DNA of 41,573 nt from Segatella copri (GTDB taxonomy: Bacteria; Bacteroidota; Bacteroidia; Bacteroidales; Bacteroidaceae), in assembly GCA_021640525.1 (NCBI GenBank), contig JAJXBQ010000001.1:1-41573 (forward strand). The letters run 5' to 3'. The translations under genes and the position numbers were made by a program. This document shows positions 9,311-17,830 of this stretch, piece after piece (position 1 is the stretch's first letter; each line of letters begins with the position of its first letter). Under the pieces are notes generated by a model that saw nothing but the letters and a program-made list of their open reading frames with translations, ran no database searches and had not been told where the DNA came from.

Positions 9311-10273
9311 TTAGAGTGATTCGAGCATACGCTTGATGACAACCTCGGCTGAAATCTCACGGTTGGCTGCCTCTGGAATCACCAGACTGTTCTTGCTCTC
9401 GATGACATCATCGGTAACAATCAGTCCACGGCGTACTGGCAGACAGTGCATGAAGCAACCATCGTTGGTCCAGCTCATGTGCTCCTCGTCGATGGTCCAG
9501 CTCATATCCTTGCTCAGGATTTCGCCATACTGTGCTGGGTCTTTCACACCCGGACAGCTCCAGTTCTTGGCATAAACGAAGTCTGTACCTTCCAGAGCCT
9601 TTTTCTGGTTGTACTCCACTTTGGCATTGCCTACGAACTTAGGATCCAGCTCGTAGCCCTCTGGGTGAGTAACCACGAAATCAACATCGGCTGCGTTCAT
9701 CCACTGAGCGAATGAGTTTGGCACAGCCTGAGGCAAGGCACGGCAATGAGGAGCCCAGGTCAGGACTACCTTTGGACGAGCCACCTTCTTGTGCTCCTCG
9801 ATGGTGATGAGGTCGGCGAATGCCTGGAGTGGGTGAACGGTAGCTGTCTCCATAGCGAAGACTGGGCGACCGCTGTACTTTACGAACTGGTTCACGATGG
9901 TCTCGGCATAATCGTAGTCACGGTCTTTCAAACCTGCGAAGCTACGTACACCGATAAGGTCGCAGAAGCTACCCATCACTGGGATAGCCTCCAACAGGTG
10001 CTCGCTCTTGTCGCCATCCATGATAACGCCACGCTCTGTCTCCAGTTTCCAGGCACCTGCGTTCACGTCGAGCACGATCACATTCATGCCCAGGTTCATC
10101 GCAGCCTTCTGTGTACTCAGTCGGGTGCGGAGACTGTTATTGAAGAATATCATCAGCAAGGTTTTGTTCTTGCCTAACTCCTGATAACCGAAACGGTTTG
10201 CTTTTACTTCCTGTGCCTCGGCGAGCGCTGCTTTCAAGTCGCCAAGGTCTTCAACATTAAAGAATGTCTTCAT
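9311..10273 (-). CDS. argF: N-acyl(succinyl/acetyl)-ornithine carbamoyltransferase (ArgF')
   Basis: FFNNSLRTR carbamoyl-phosphate motif variant, HPLQAFAD, FMHCLPVRR; lies in the arg/pro cluster. Confidence 0.92.
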   Translation of the reverse strand: MKTFFNVEDLGDLKAALAEAQEVKANRFGYQELGKNKTLLMIFFNNSLRTRLSTQKAAMNLGMNVIVLDVNAGAWKLETERGVIMDGDKSEHLLEAIPVMGSFCDLIGVRSFAGLKDRDYDYAETIVNQFVKYSGRPVFAMETATVHPLQAFADLITIEEHKKVARPKVVLTWAPHCRALPQAVPNSFAQWMNAADVDFVVTHPEGYELDPKFVGNAKVEYNQKKALEGTDFVYAKNWSCPGVKDPAQYGEILSKDMSWTIDEEHMSWTNDGCFMHCLPVRRGLIVTDDVIESKNSLVIPEAANREISAEVVIKRMLESL

Positions 10274-10315
10274 TGTTATTTCGTTTTTTTGTTTATTATT
10301 TCTAATATAAAGCTA

Positions 10316-10351
10316 TTGAATTCTTCACTCTTCACTTTTCGTTCTTCACTT
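10316..10351 (-). repeat. Solo copy of the heptamer arm that flanks the four-helix-bundle gene
   Basis: TTGAATTCTTCACTCTTCACTTTTCGTTCTTCACTT, 35/36 identical to 37366-37401; overlaps the proA stop codon. Confidence 0.92.
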
Positions 10352-11680
10352 CCTCGTCTGTCCATTTCCTGTAATCAACCACTTGTAGGTGGTAATCTCT
10401 TCTAGCGCCATTGGTCCGCGGGCTCCGAGCTTCTGGGTACTGATGCCAATCTCTGCGCCCAATCCAAACTGTGCACCATCGGTAAAGCTGGTAGGAGCGT
10501 TTACATAAACGCAGGCTGCATCTACCAATGCCTGGAATTTCTTCTGGGCAGCTTCGTTGTTGGAAACGATGCTCTCGCTGTGTCCGCTTCCGTAGGTAGC
10601 GATATGGTCGAGCGCTTCATCTTCCGAAGTGACGGTCTTGATACCCATCTGCATGCTGAGCCATTCGGTGTTCCAGATGCTCTTCACGTTGGCATCAGCC
10701 TCTGTTGAGTCTGCGGATTTGCAATCCGCAGTCAGCAAACCTGCCTCCTTCATCTTCGCTTCGCTTTCCTCTGCCTTATATAATAATAAGGTATCAGGAT
10801 AGTGTCCCTTTAAGGCTTCGTAAGCCTTGGCATCTGCATGAATCTTGGTCTGTTTCTCGGCGAGCCCCTCGCAGAGAGCAGGGAGGTCGCTTAATCTGCT
10901 TTCGTGAATCAGCAGACAGTCGAGCGCATTGCATACACTTACTCTTCGGCATTTGGCATTGGTGATGATGCGTTTGCCCATCTCCAGGTCGCCATCCTTA
11001 TCGAAGTAGCAGTGTACCACGCCGGCTCCGGTCTCTATAACCGGTACTTTGGCAGTATCACGCACGAAGTTGATGAGCTTCTTTCCGCCACGAGGAATAC
11101 AGAGGTCGATATAGCCCACGGCATTCAGCATTTCGCCGGTAGCCTCATGGGTAGCAGGGAGGAGCGTACATACGTTTGGATCCACGCCATACTTTATCAA
11201 CACCCTGTGGATAAGTTCGACACCTGCTGAGTTTGAGGCGTTTGCATCCTTTCCACCTTTCAGTACGCAAGCATTTCCGCTCTTGAAACAGAGTGAAAAA
11301 ACATCGTAGGTAACATTAGGACGGGCCTCGTAAATCATGCCGATGACTCCGAATGGAACGGCTACTCGCTGCAGGTGCAAACCATTTTCGAGTGTTTTGT
11401 CTTTGAGAACTCTTCCGAGTGGTGAAGGCAGGGTACTTACGTGTCTCATATCCGAAGCTATATCTTGGAGTCGCTGCTCGGTGAGTTGCAATCGGTCGTA
11501 GAGTGGGTTAGCCTTGTCCATCTTCGCCAAGTCCTCCGCATTTGCTTTCAAGAGCGCTGGAGTCTCAGCGATGATAGCGTCAGCCACCGCCTGCAGGATT
11601 TCATTACGTTGTTCGTCGCTGAGCAAGCCCAGTGTCTTGCTGGCTGCCTTCACTTTTTGGAAAGTCTCTTTCAGTTCCAT
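10346..11680 (-). CDS. proA: Gamma-glutamyl phosphate reductase
   Basis: [50 protein letters not shown]. Confidence 0.97.
   Translation of the reverse strand: MELKETFQKVKAASKTLGLLSDEQRNEILQAVADAIIAETPALLKANAEDLAKMDKANPLYDRLQLTEQRLQDIASDMRHVSTLPSPLGRVLKDKTLENGLHLQRVAVPFGVIGMIYEARPNVTYDVFSLCFKSGNACVLKGGKDANASNSAGVELIHRVLIKYGVDPNVCTLLPATHEATGEMLNAVGYIDLCIPRGGKKLINFVRDTAKVPVIETGAGVVHCYFDKDGDLEMGKRIITNAKCRRVSVCNALDCLLIHESRLSDLPALCEGLAEKQTKIHADAKAYEALKGHYPDTLLLYKAEESEAKMKEAGLLTADCKSADSTEADANVKSIWNTEWLSMQMGIKTVTSEDEALDHIATYGSGHSESIVSNNEAAQKKFQALVDAACVYVNAPTSFTDGAQFGLGAEIGISTQKLGARGPMALEEITTYKWLITGNGQTRK
10698..10747. repeat. REP-like palindrome inside proA, bracketed by GCCTC direct repeats 45 bp apart
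   Basis: CTGCGGATT-TGC-AATCCGCAG at 10711-10731; GCCTC at 10698-10702 and 10743-10747. Confidence 0.7.
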
Positions 11681-11817
11681 TTGCTATTTCCTTTCTTATT
11701 TGATGATAAGATATTTGGTAATGTGTTATGAGTTTCCTCTTAACAACGGCAAAGGTAAGCATAAATATCGGAAATTGCAAACTTTATGCAAGAAAAAGTG
11801 ATGATTTTATAGATAAA

Positions 11818-11831
11818 TGGATAGTTATGCG
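11818..11831. promoter_or_regulatory. Candidate ARG box upstream of the proA-argF' promoter
   Basis: TGGATAGTTATGCG fits TGxAT-W4-ATxCA loosely; minus-strand TACCTTTG promoter at about 11750-11757. Confidence 0.35.
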
Positions 11832-11854
11832 AAAATGAGATAAAAAAGGGCAGA

Positions 11855-12313
11855 CTATGCCTGACCTTTTTGTAATGGTGCCTCCTTGTCTTCTACTCGT
11901 ATATGACGCTCGTAATGAGACCAAGGAAGAAACCGTAACTCGAATTGGGCAGGCGGTGTCTGCCCTTTTTGAAAGTGCGAAGATAATTCATCAGACAGTG
12001 TCTGCTGAATTTCTAAGTTGTTGAAAATCAGGAAGAATTTTCTGAATGTTCTTATGCTTGTCTCAGAGAATCCCTTCCCGAATTCCTCAGTAAGAGCGGC
12101 CGAAGCTACCTCTATTACATGCTTTCCGTATTCAGCACGTGATGCTCCGTTCTGTTCCTGTTCCACAATACGTTGTCCTATTCTCCAGTTTCTTTCCACC
12201 AGAGAATAATTGACGGCAGCAAATGCTTTGCTGCGAGCCTTGCTGACGATGGAGCGCAAGTCGTTGACGAGCATGTTGTCTTCATCGTTATATTTCTTTC
12301 CGGGTTCTTTCAT
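11855..12313 (-). pseudogene. Truncated DUF1016/YhcG-family gene (N-terminal domain only)
   Basis: VERNWRIGQRIVEQEQNGASRAEYGK...FGKGFS...LPWSHYER, then a stop shortly after VEDKEA; the PD-(D/E)xK C-terminal domain is absent. Confidence 0.75.
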
Positions 12314-12332
12314 GATGGTACTTTATAGTAAA

Positions 12333-12382
12333 GGCAAAGGTACAACTATTTCTTGAATGTGCAAAAGAAAATGGCAGAAAGT
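12333..12382 (-). repeat. 50-bp promoter/terminator-arm module, copy A
   Basis: 49/50 identical to 15966-16015. Contains minus-strand TTTG-N19-TACCTTTG and one arm of the hairpin at about 12370-12406. Confidence 0.9.
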
Positions 12383-12424
12383 ATATTTCTCAACTTTCTG
12401 CCAATTATGATGCATTTTTTAAAA

Positions 12425-12895
12425 TTACTTAATCTTCTTGAATGTGATTGTGCTAGGATATGAAGCATTGCCATCCAGATTGTATTTTAAAACCATAGTT
12501 GTCGAACTAATACTCTGTATGGTATATACATCTAAAACGTTGATACCATCTTCTTCGTATGTAGTTAATTTGTTGCCTGAGATAGTATAGGCTTCTCCGG
12601 AACACTCTATCTTCCATTTGCTTCCTGTCCAAATATACTCATTGAAAGTGCCACCTTGCTTGAATTCGAAAGAGATAGCATCATCAATGTCTATGTCCTG
12701 ATCTACTTTAGCCGGCTGGTCGTTTTCATCCCAGTCATAGCCTTTTACATGTGTAGGTTGCCACATTCCAATGATGTTAGTCTGGACATCTTCTGTGGAA
12801 GGTGTGTCATCGTCATCCGAAGAACAAGCAGTGAAAGACACCATTGCAAACAAGGCGAAAAATATCGCCAACAGAGAAAAATGTAACTTTTTCAT
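12425..12895 (-). CDS. Surface lipoprotein, lipocalin-like domain
   Basis: Signal peptide ...SFTAC followed by acidic SSDDDD (Bacteroidetes lipoprotein export signal); IIGMW lipocalin-like strand. Confidence 0.75.
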   Translation of the reverse strand: MKKLHFSLLAIFFALFAMVSFTACSSDDDDTPSTEDVQTNIIGMWQPTHVKGYDWDENDQPAKVDQDIDIDDAISFEFKQGGTFNEYIWTGSKWKIECSGEAYTISGNKLTTYEEDGINVLDVYTIQSISSTTMVLKYNLDGNASYPSTITFKKIK

Positions 12896-12982
12896 GAATT
12901 TTGCCCGTTATGCCGATAGCTAAGCTTTTAATGTTATTAAATTAGTTAACTGGATAGATTGCGAAGCCATCGTTCTACATAA

Positions 12983-13131
12983 CCTACGGATACAAACACG
13001 TGGACGAAACTTGTCCAAATTGCAGCCGTAGGAAAAGCTGATTAGAACAACAAGTAACGCCCACGATATAGCGGACGTTCACTATCTGTCGTTTCTAATG
13101 CTCTTTTTGAAATTTCCTACGTTCCAATTTG
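12983..13131 (-). ncRNA. Candidate structured 5'-leader RNA
   Basis: Nested stems 13016-22/13125-31, 13027-35/13113-21, 13041-47/13093-99 and 13056-64/13071-79. The last stem pairs fully, using G-U, only on the minus strand. Confidence 0.5.
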
Positions 13132-13208
13132 CATGACCGAATAGCAAACGCTAATTTAACCATCAAAAATATGGAAGTCCTCACAATAGTGTGATTCGAT
13201 TCCAACTG

Positions 13209-13239
13209 CAAAGATAAGGATAATTCTTGAAATAGCAAA
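13209..13239 (-). promoter_or_regulatory. Bacteroidetes sigma70 promoter about 300 nt upstream of the lipoprotein gene
   Basis: Minus strand TTTG (13236-39), N19, TATCTTTG (13209-16). Confidence 0.7.
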
Positions 13240-13350
13240 ATAAAACCCAGAATTTTTAAAGGAAAAGTTTTCTTTTTGCCTTGCTTCTGTTCTTTTTAAA
13301 CTTGTCTGCACAGCCCTCTTGCTTATCTTTAAATGTCAAAGGATAGTTCT

Positions 13351-13394
13351 ATGATGAACGTTTCTTACTCTATCTTATACATTGTTGATGATGT
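13351..13394 (+). pseudogene. Decayed fragment of a paralog of the 14439-14669 gene
   Basis: Matches 14566-14620 as 22/25 nt, an 11-nt gap, then 18/19 nt. Confidence 0.6.
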
Positions 13395-13696
13395 TGTATA
13401 ACAAGAGAATTGTTGTCGTGCGATTAACAGGTGTTTCCTCTATAGTCAGCAGAGCTGCTGAGCCTAGTGACAATCTTCGAGAAGCTATATTTTCTTACTT
13501 AAGAAACTATAAACAGACGGCTGTGCTTAGGAGGCAATACTTTTCTATCTCTTGAAACAAAGAAGGTCTGTCTAACCCCAGTAAAATCAGGAAGCCCAAA
13601 AAAACGTTTTTTCGTTTAAAAAGTTGCAGATAATAATTGTATTTCCAAAAGAAAGTAGTATCTTTGCATCATCGTTTAATATAAAACATAAATATT

Positions 13697-13924
13697 ATGG
13701 GTACAGCAGAAACTCAACAGGCATTGGCTTTTGCAACGATGTGCGTCGATCTTGCTGCAAAGGCAGAAGGATGCAGTAGGCAAGAAATGTACTTGCGGAT
13801 GAAAAAGGTTGGACTGATACATGGTCTTACCACAAGGCTTGATGCCCTTCATACACAGAGTAAAGATTATGTTGTAGCAGCTTTGCAAACTGCCCTTCAT
13901 CGTCTGGAAACAGCAAATAATTAA
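13697..13924 (+). CDS. Small helical protein, DUF3791-like
   Basis: 75 aa; ...GLIHGLTTRLDALHTQSKDYVV resembles the DUF3791 LHTQ motif; TATCTTTG promoter at 13659-66. Confidence 0.65.
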   Translation: MGTAETQQALAFATMCVDLAAKAEGCSRQEMYLRMKKVGLIHGLTTRLDALHTQSKDYVVAALQTALHRLETANN

Positions 13925-13929
13925 TAACT

Positions 13930-14445
13930 ATGCGTACGGTTTTTCATGGTGCAACTCGAATAGTGGAATATCCACTTTGTCATATCGGACGAGATAATCT
14001 CGATTTCGGTAAGGGATTTTATGTTACAGACATTCGTAATCAGGCTATCAGTTGGGCTAAAAGAGTTGTGAACTTGGGTTTGCCTCAATGGCTAAATATT
14101 TATGAACTAGACGAAAATTACATTAAGCAAAATGCTCGTTGTAAAATATTCACGGCTTACGATAATGAATGGCTCAAATTTATAGTAAAAAGTAGAGCTG
14201 GAGAGATGCCCTGGAGAGAATATGATTACGTTGAAGGTGGTATTGCCGATGACCGAGTCATTACAACGATAGAAGATTATTTAAATGGAGATATTTCTAT
14301 GGAATATGCTTTGAAACGATTGTCAGAGCATCAACCGAATAATCAAATATGTATTATCTCTCAAAATATACTTGATGATAGTTTACATTTCATATCTGCG
14401 GAGCCGTTGAACGATTTAGCTAGAAAGGAGGTAAAGTCATGTTAA
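13930..14445 (+). CDS. DUF3990-family protein (ADP-ribosyltransferase-like motifs)
   Basis: VFHGAT, DFGKGFYVT, EWLKFI, YDYVEGGIADD, NQICI. Confidence 0.8.
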   Translation: MRTVFHGATRIVEYPLCHIGRDNLDFGKGFYVTDIRNQAISWAKRVVNLGLPQWLNIYELDENYIKQNARCKIFTAYDNEWLKFIVKSRAGEMPWREYDYVEGGIADDRVITTIEDYLNGDISMEYALKRLSEHQPNNQICIISQNILDDSLHFISAEPLNDLARKEVKSC

Positions 14446-14669
14446 GAGATTCACAGCTTTGGATTAAGATAGGCAGAATATGCACTTTGTTGGCAAAGCG
14501 ATTGGATATTTCTCCAGAAAGAGCGTTTGATATTTTTCAAATGAGTAAGACCAACGAACTGCTCCATGATGAACGTTCTTTGCTCTATCTAATGAGTGAT
14601 TTATATATTGTTGATGATGTGATTATGGAATTACAATCAGCAGATGGACCTCACAGAATTTATAAGTAG
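14439..14669 (+). CDS. Small protein, DUF3791-like
   Basis: 76 aa, overlaps the DUF3990 stop; LAKRLDISPERAFDIFQMSKTNELLHDE...YIVDDV. Confidence 0.65.
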   Translation: MLRDSQLWIKIGRICTLLAKRLDISPERAFDIFQMSKTNELLHDERSLLYLMSDLYIVDDVIMELQSADGPHRIYK

Positions 14670-14718
14670 AATTCTTCTAGTGTGGAATTCTACGACTGTG
14701 GCTGGTGCAATATCTAAG

Positions 14719-14785
14719 AAAATGTGCTTTAAACGTGCGGAATCTATCTTTTTTAAGCACATTCCGCACGTTTAAAGCACATTTT
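14719..14785. terminator. 25-bp perfect inverted repeat, probable bidirectional terminator
   Basis: AAAATGTGCTTTAAACGTGCGGAAT (14719-43) / ATTCCGCACGTTTAAAGCACATTTT (14761-85) between convergent genes. Confidence 0.8.
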
Positions 14786-14790
14786 ATTGT

Positions 14791-15927
14791 TTATATTCTC
14801 TTTAACCACAGATCCATGAATCTGTCGTAGATGATGTAGCCTTCATTGGTTCTATATACCAATTCCTTGTCTTCCAGGACCTTGAGGGCTGCCTTTACGC
14901 TGCTGGCTCCACTCAGCTTATGCTCCTTGATGAACTTGCCTGATGTTGGCTGGGCAACAATGCTATTCTTGGCAATAGCCTTCAGAAGCGAGAACTGGTT
15001 CTCTGTGAAGAACTGAACCAGGTTTTCGAATTGAGGTTCCCTGCCTTGTAAGATGGAGAGTAAGGCTGCATTCACCTGTTCGATATTGAGAATGGTAAGC
15101 TCCGTTTCATATAGACGATTCATGATGCATTGGATATACCAGGTATGGCCATTAAACTGGTGGTAGATTCGCTCGAATACATCCTTCGATAGATTACCGT
15201 CTTTCTGCTTGAAGAAGTTTTGGCAGAAGTCATAATAAATGCTGCAATCCAATGGCTTCAGTCCCATCATCTCAGTGCTTTGGTAAAATGGATGTTTCGG
15301 CGAGCCGAATATCTCAGCCATCAGATGATGCTTGCTGCCGGAGAAGATGAAATGCACATGTTGGGCAAACTGGATATAAGAACGTAGCAATGCCTCTGTG
15401 CCTTTCTCTGGATATTCTGCAATCTGTTGAAACTCATCGATGGCGATATATACCTCTTTTCCACTCTCATTGAGATAGTTGAAGATGCTGCGGATAGTGA
15501 TGTCCTCTTGGGATGGCTCTATTGTGATAGATACGCTAGGTTCACCAGTTAATGGATCCATGCTGAGTACAGGGCGCAAGGCACTGAAGAAGGCGATGGT
15601 TTTCTCTATGAATGAGGAGTTCTTGCGGACGATGTCATTGATAACCATTATGCCAAATTGTTCCACAAAGTCGTGCAAGTTCTTGGTGGCGAATATGTCA
15701 AGGTATAGGCATGCTGTATCCTTCTCTTCTTTATCCAGATGATAGAATGTATTCTTTATAAGCCCTGTTTTTCCTATTCTTCGAGGAGAAATGAGGGTAA
15801 CGTTCCTTCCATTCTTCAGGTGCGATATCAAAGTCTTTGTTTCAGCCTCTCTGTCGCAGAAATACTCGGGACTTTCATAACCTTGGTAGATGAAAGGATT
15901 TGCTAATTTCTTGTTACTTAGTTTCAT
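14791..15927 (-). CDS. AAA/archaeal-type (ATPase_2-like) ATPase with C-terminal wHTH
   Basis: NPF..G...FCDRE, Walker A SPRRIGKT, Walker B IAIDEFQ, FSGS, FNGHTWY. Confidence 0.85.
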   Translation of the reverse strand: MKLSNKKLANPFIYQGYESPEYFCDREAETKTLISHLKNGRNVTLISPRRIGKTGLIKNTFYHLDKEEKDTACLYLDIFATKNLHDFVEQFGIMVINDIVRKNSSFIEKTIAFFSALRPVLSMDPLTGEPSVSITIEPSQEDITIRSIFNYLNESGKEVYIAIDEFQQIAEYPEKGTEALLRSYIQFAQHVHFIFSGSKHHLMAEIFGSPKHPFYQSTEMMGLKPLDCSIYYDFCQNFFKQKDGNLSKDVFERIYHQFNGHTWYIQCIMNRLYETELTILNIEQVNAALLSILQGREPQFENLVQFFTENQFSLLKAIAKNSIVAQPTSGKFIKEHKLSGASSVKAALKVLEDKELVYRTNEGYIIYDRFMDLWLKRI

Positions 15928-15965
15928 ACGCCATTACATCTTTAGTGTTACAACTTTTATGTAAT

Positions 15966-16015
15966 GGCAAAGGTACAACTATTTCTTGAATGAGCAAAAG
16001 AAAATGGCAGAAAGT
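15966..16015 (-). repeat. 50-bp promoter/terminator-arm module, copy B
   Basis: 49/50 identical to 12333-12382; its hairpin (about 16002-16044) abuts the stop codon of the SusR-like gene. Confidence 0.9.
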
Positions 16016-16045
16016 TGAGGAACATACTCAATTTTCTGCCATTTA

Positions 16046-17662
16046 TTAGCCTATCACATTGCATAGTCGGTTGATGGCTGCATCAAAAGTGGTGAGGTCT
16101 TTGGCTCGCTTTCTGATGGCTGTCTTGTAATTATAGATGGTTTGCGTAGAATAGAACAGGAGGGTGGCCAGTTCCTGACCATCCGTAATTCCTAGTCGCA
16201 TCAGTGCATAGATACGCAGTTCCTTGGTGAGACTGTTAGGGGCAGGGAGTACAATCTGCTTTTCCGGCAGCAGCAGTTGGTTGAACTCTTCTACGAAATT
16301 CGGATACAAGTCAATGAATGCCTTGTCGAAGCGAATATAGAAGTTGGCAGCCTCTTCTTCTGCCAGCTTGTAGCTGCTGATGGCAGTCAGAAGATCGGCA
16401 GTTTGTTTTGCCTTGATTTTGCGACTTACCAATTTGCGATAATCATCCAACTTCTTGATATAGACGGCACTGATGTCCAGGAATAAATGCATATAGGTCT
16501 CTCTTCGCTTATTGGTATTGAGCAGTTTCTGGTTCAATTCCTCCAAGAGCGTATTCTGGCTCTTCACCTCCCTACGACTCTTCGCCAAACGCTTGTTCAT
16601 CTTGAACGCAAAGAAAGCCATGGCAAGGAATCCTAGCGACAGGACACTCACGATGACGAGGGATGCTGTTACGATGCGGTTCTTGCGTACTTCTGCCTGA
16701 TGGTTCGTTTCTGTGATAAGGGGAAGTATGCGTGAAATCTCAACCATGCGGAGACGGTTGTTGTAGAATTGTGCATCCTCCATGGAGCAATAGATGTATT
16801 TGGAAGCCCTCTTTGCATAGGAGACATCCTTATTATATAGATAGGTGGAAAGTTCCTGAAGGGCAAGATTCTCCTTCAGGGGACATATCTGGTCTGAGAT
16901 GGCAGCTTCTACAATATACTTCTCATATAAATCCTTTTGGTCGATATCATAATAATAGCGGGCAATGCAATATGCCGAAGAGGCATGTACACGACTGTTC
17001 AGGGGACTGGCTGAAAGCGCCTTTATGTAGAACTGAAGCATCTTTTTGCTTGTACGCTGCTTTAGAAATTCAAACTCTCCTGAAAGATAGTAATAAAGAG
17101 CGGATTCCTTGTTGCCGATATGCTCAAGAGTCTTGCCTAAATAAAAACGTTTCTTGGCTAACAATCCTTCTTGAAATTCCGACTTGTTGCAAAAAGTTTC
17201 CCAATAGTTATATACCCAAGTCAAGGTGTAATAATAGTATTGCAATAACTTAGGTGACATTTTCTCCACATCCATTGCGAGCATTAAGTCTTCTGCCTGG
17301 CTGTAGAAACCGCCAGTTGACAGCACTGCCGCGCGATTGATTTTATTCAGGTTGACGAAATAATCATCCTGAAGTTGTACTGCCAGCTGGTAGCCCTTCT
17401 TGGCGTATGTCATGGCAGAGTCGTAACGGTAGGTATAATACTCCCTGTAGATTTGGTTATAGAGACTAAGCTGGCTGCGTTTGTCGGAAGTCATGTGTAG
17501 TTGCTTTTTGAGTCTTAGCAGTTTCGCTTCTTTTCTTTGGGTAAACTTGCTTCGCTGAGCGATGTAACTGTCTAAACGATGGAACAGCTGTTCCTCGTTT
17601 ACGGAAGAAGCACTTGCCAGCAATGGCATAAGCATCATAAAGAACCACAATACTACTTTCAT
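16046..17662 (-). CDS. SusR-like (DUF6377) membrane-spanning transcriptional regulator
   Basis: Signal peptide, TPR-like periplasmic region, one TM helix, FDKAFIDLYPNFV...ELRIYALMRLGI...YSTQTIYNYK HTH. Confidence 0.88.
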   Translation of the reverse strand: MKVVLWFFMMLMPLLASASSVNEEQLFHRLDSYIAQRSKFTQRKEAKLLRLKKQLHMTSDKRSQLSLYNQIYREYYTYRYDSAMTYAKKGYQLAVQLQDDYFVNLNKINRAAVLSTGGFYSQAEDLMLAMDVEKMSPKLLQYYYYTLTWVYNYWETFCNKSEFQEGLLAKKRFYLGKTLEHIGNKESALYYYLSGEFEFLKQRTSKKMLQFYIKALSASPLNSRVHASSAYCIARYYYDIDQKDLYEKYIVEAAISDQICPLKENLALQELSTYLYNKDVSYAKRASKYIYCSMEDAQFYNNRLRMVEISRILPLITETNHQAEVRKNRIVTASLVIVSVLSLGFLAMAFFAFKMNKRLAKSRREVKSQNTLLEELNQKLLNTNKRRETYMHLFLDISAVYIKKLDDYRKLVSRKIKAKQTADLLTAISSYKLAEEEAANFYIRFDKAFIDLYPNFVEEFNQLLLPEKQIVLPAPNSLTKELRIYALMRLGITDGQELATLLFYSTQTIYNYKTAIRKRAKDLTTFDAAINRLCNVIG

Positions 17663-17830
17663 AACTATTCTTTTAATTGTTATTGTTACTATCAGATAGG
17701 CTATTAGAGTGCCTTATAATTGTATTTTTCTGCAAAGATACTACTTTTATTCCTCTTTTTATCATCTACTCTATTAAAAAGTATTAATATCTTTGATGGC
17801 TTGATTATTAATAGGTTATGAATTTGATAA

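Noticed and set aside
11947..11970. Plus-strand terminator-like hairpin inside the DUF1016 relic
   Set aside because: No plus-strand gene leads into it, and it lies in the family's repetitive linker region.
12921..12971. 16-codon minus-strand leader peptide MASQSIQLTNLITLKA
   Set aside because: No amino-acid bias or other support; could easily be chance.
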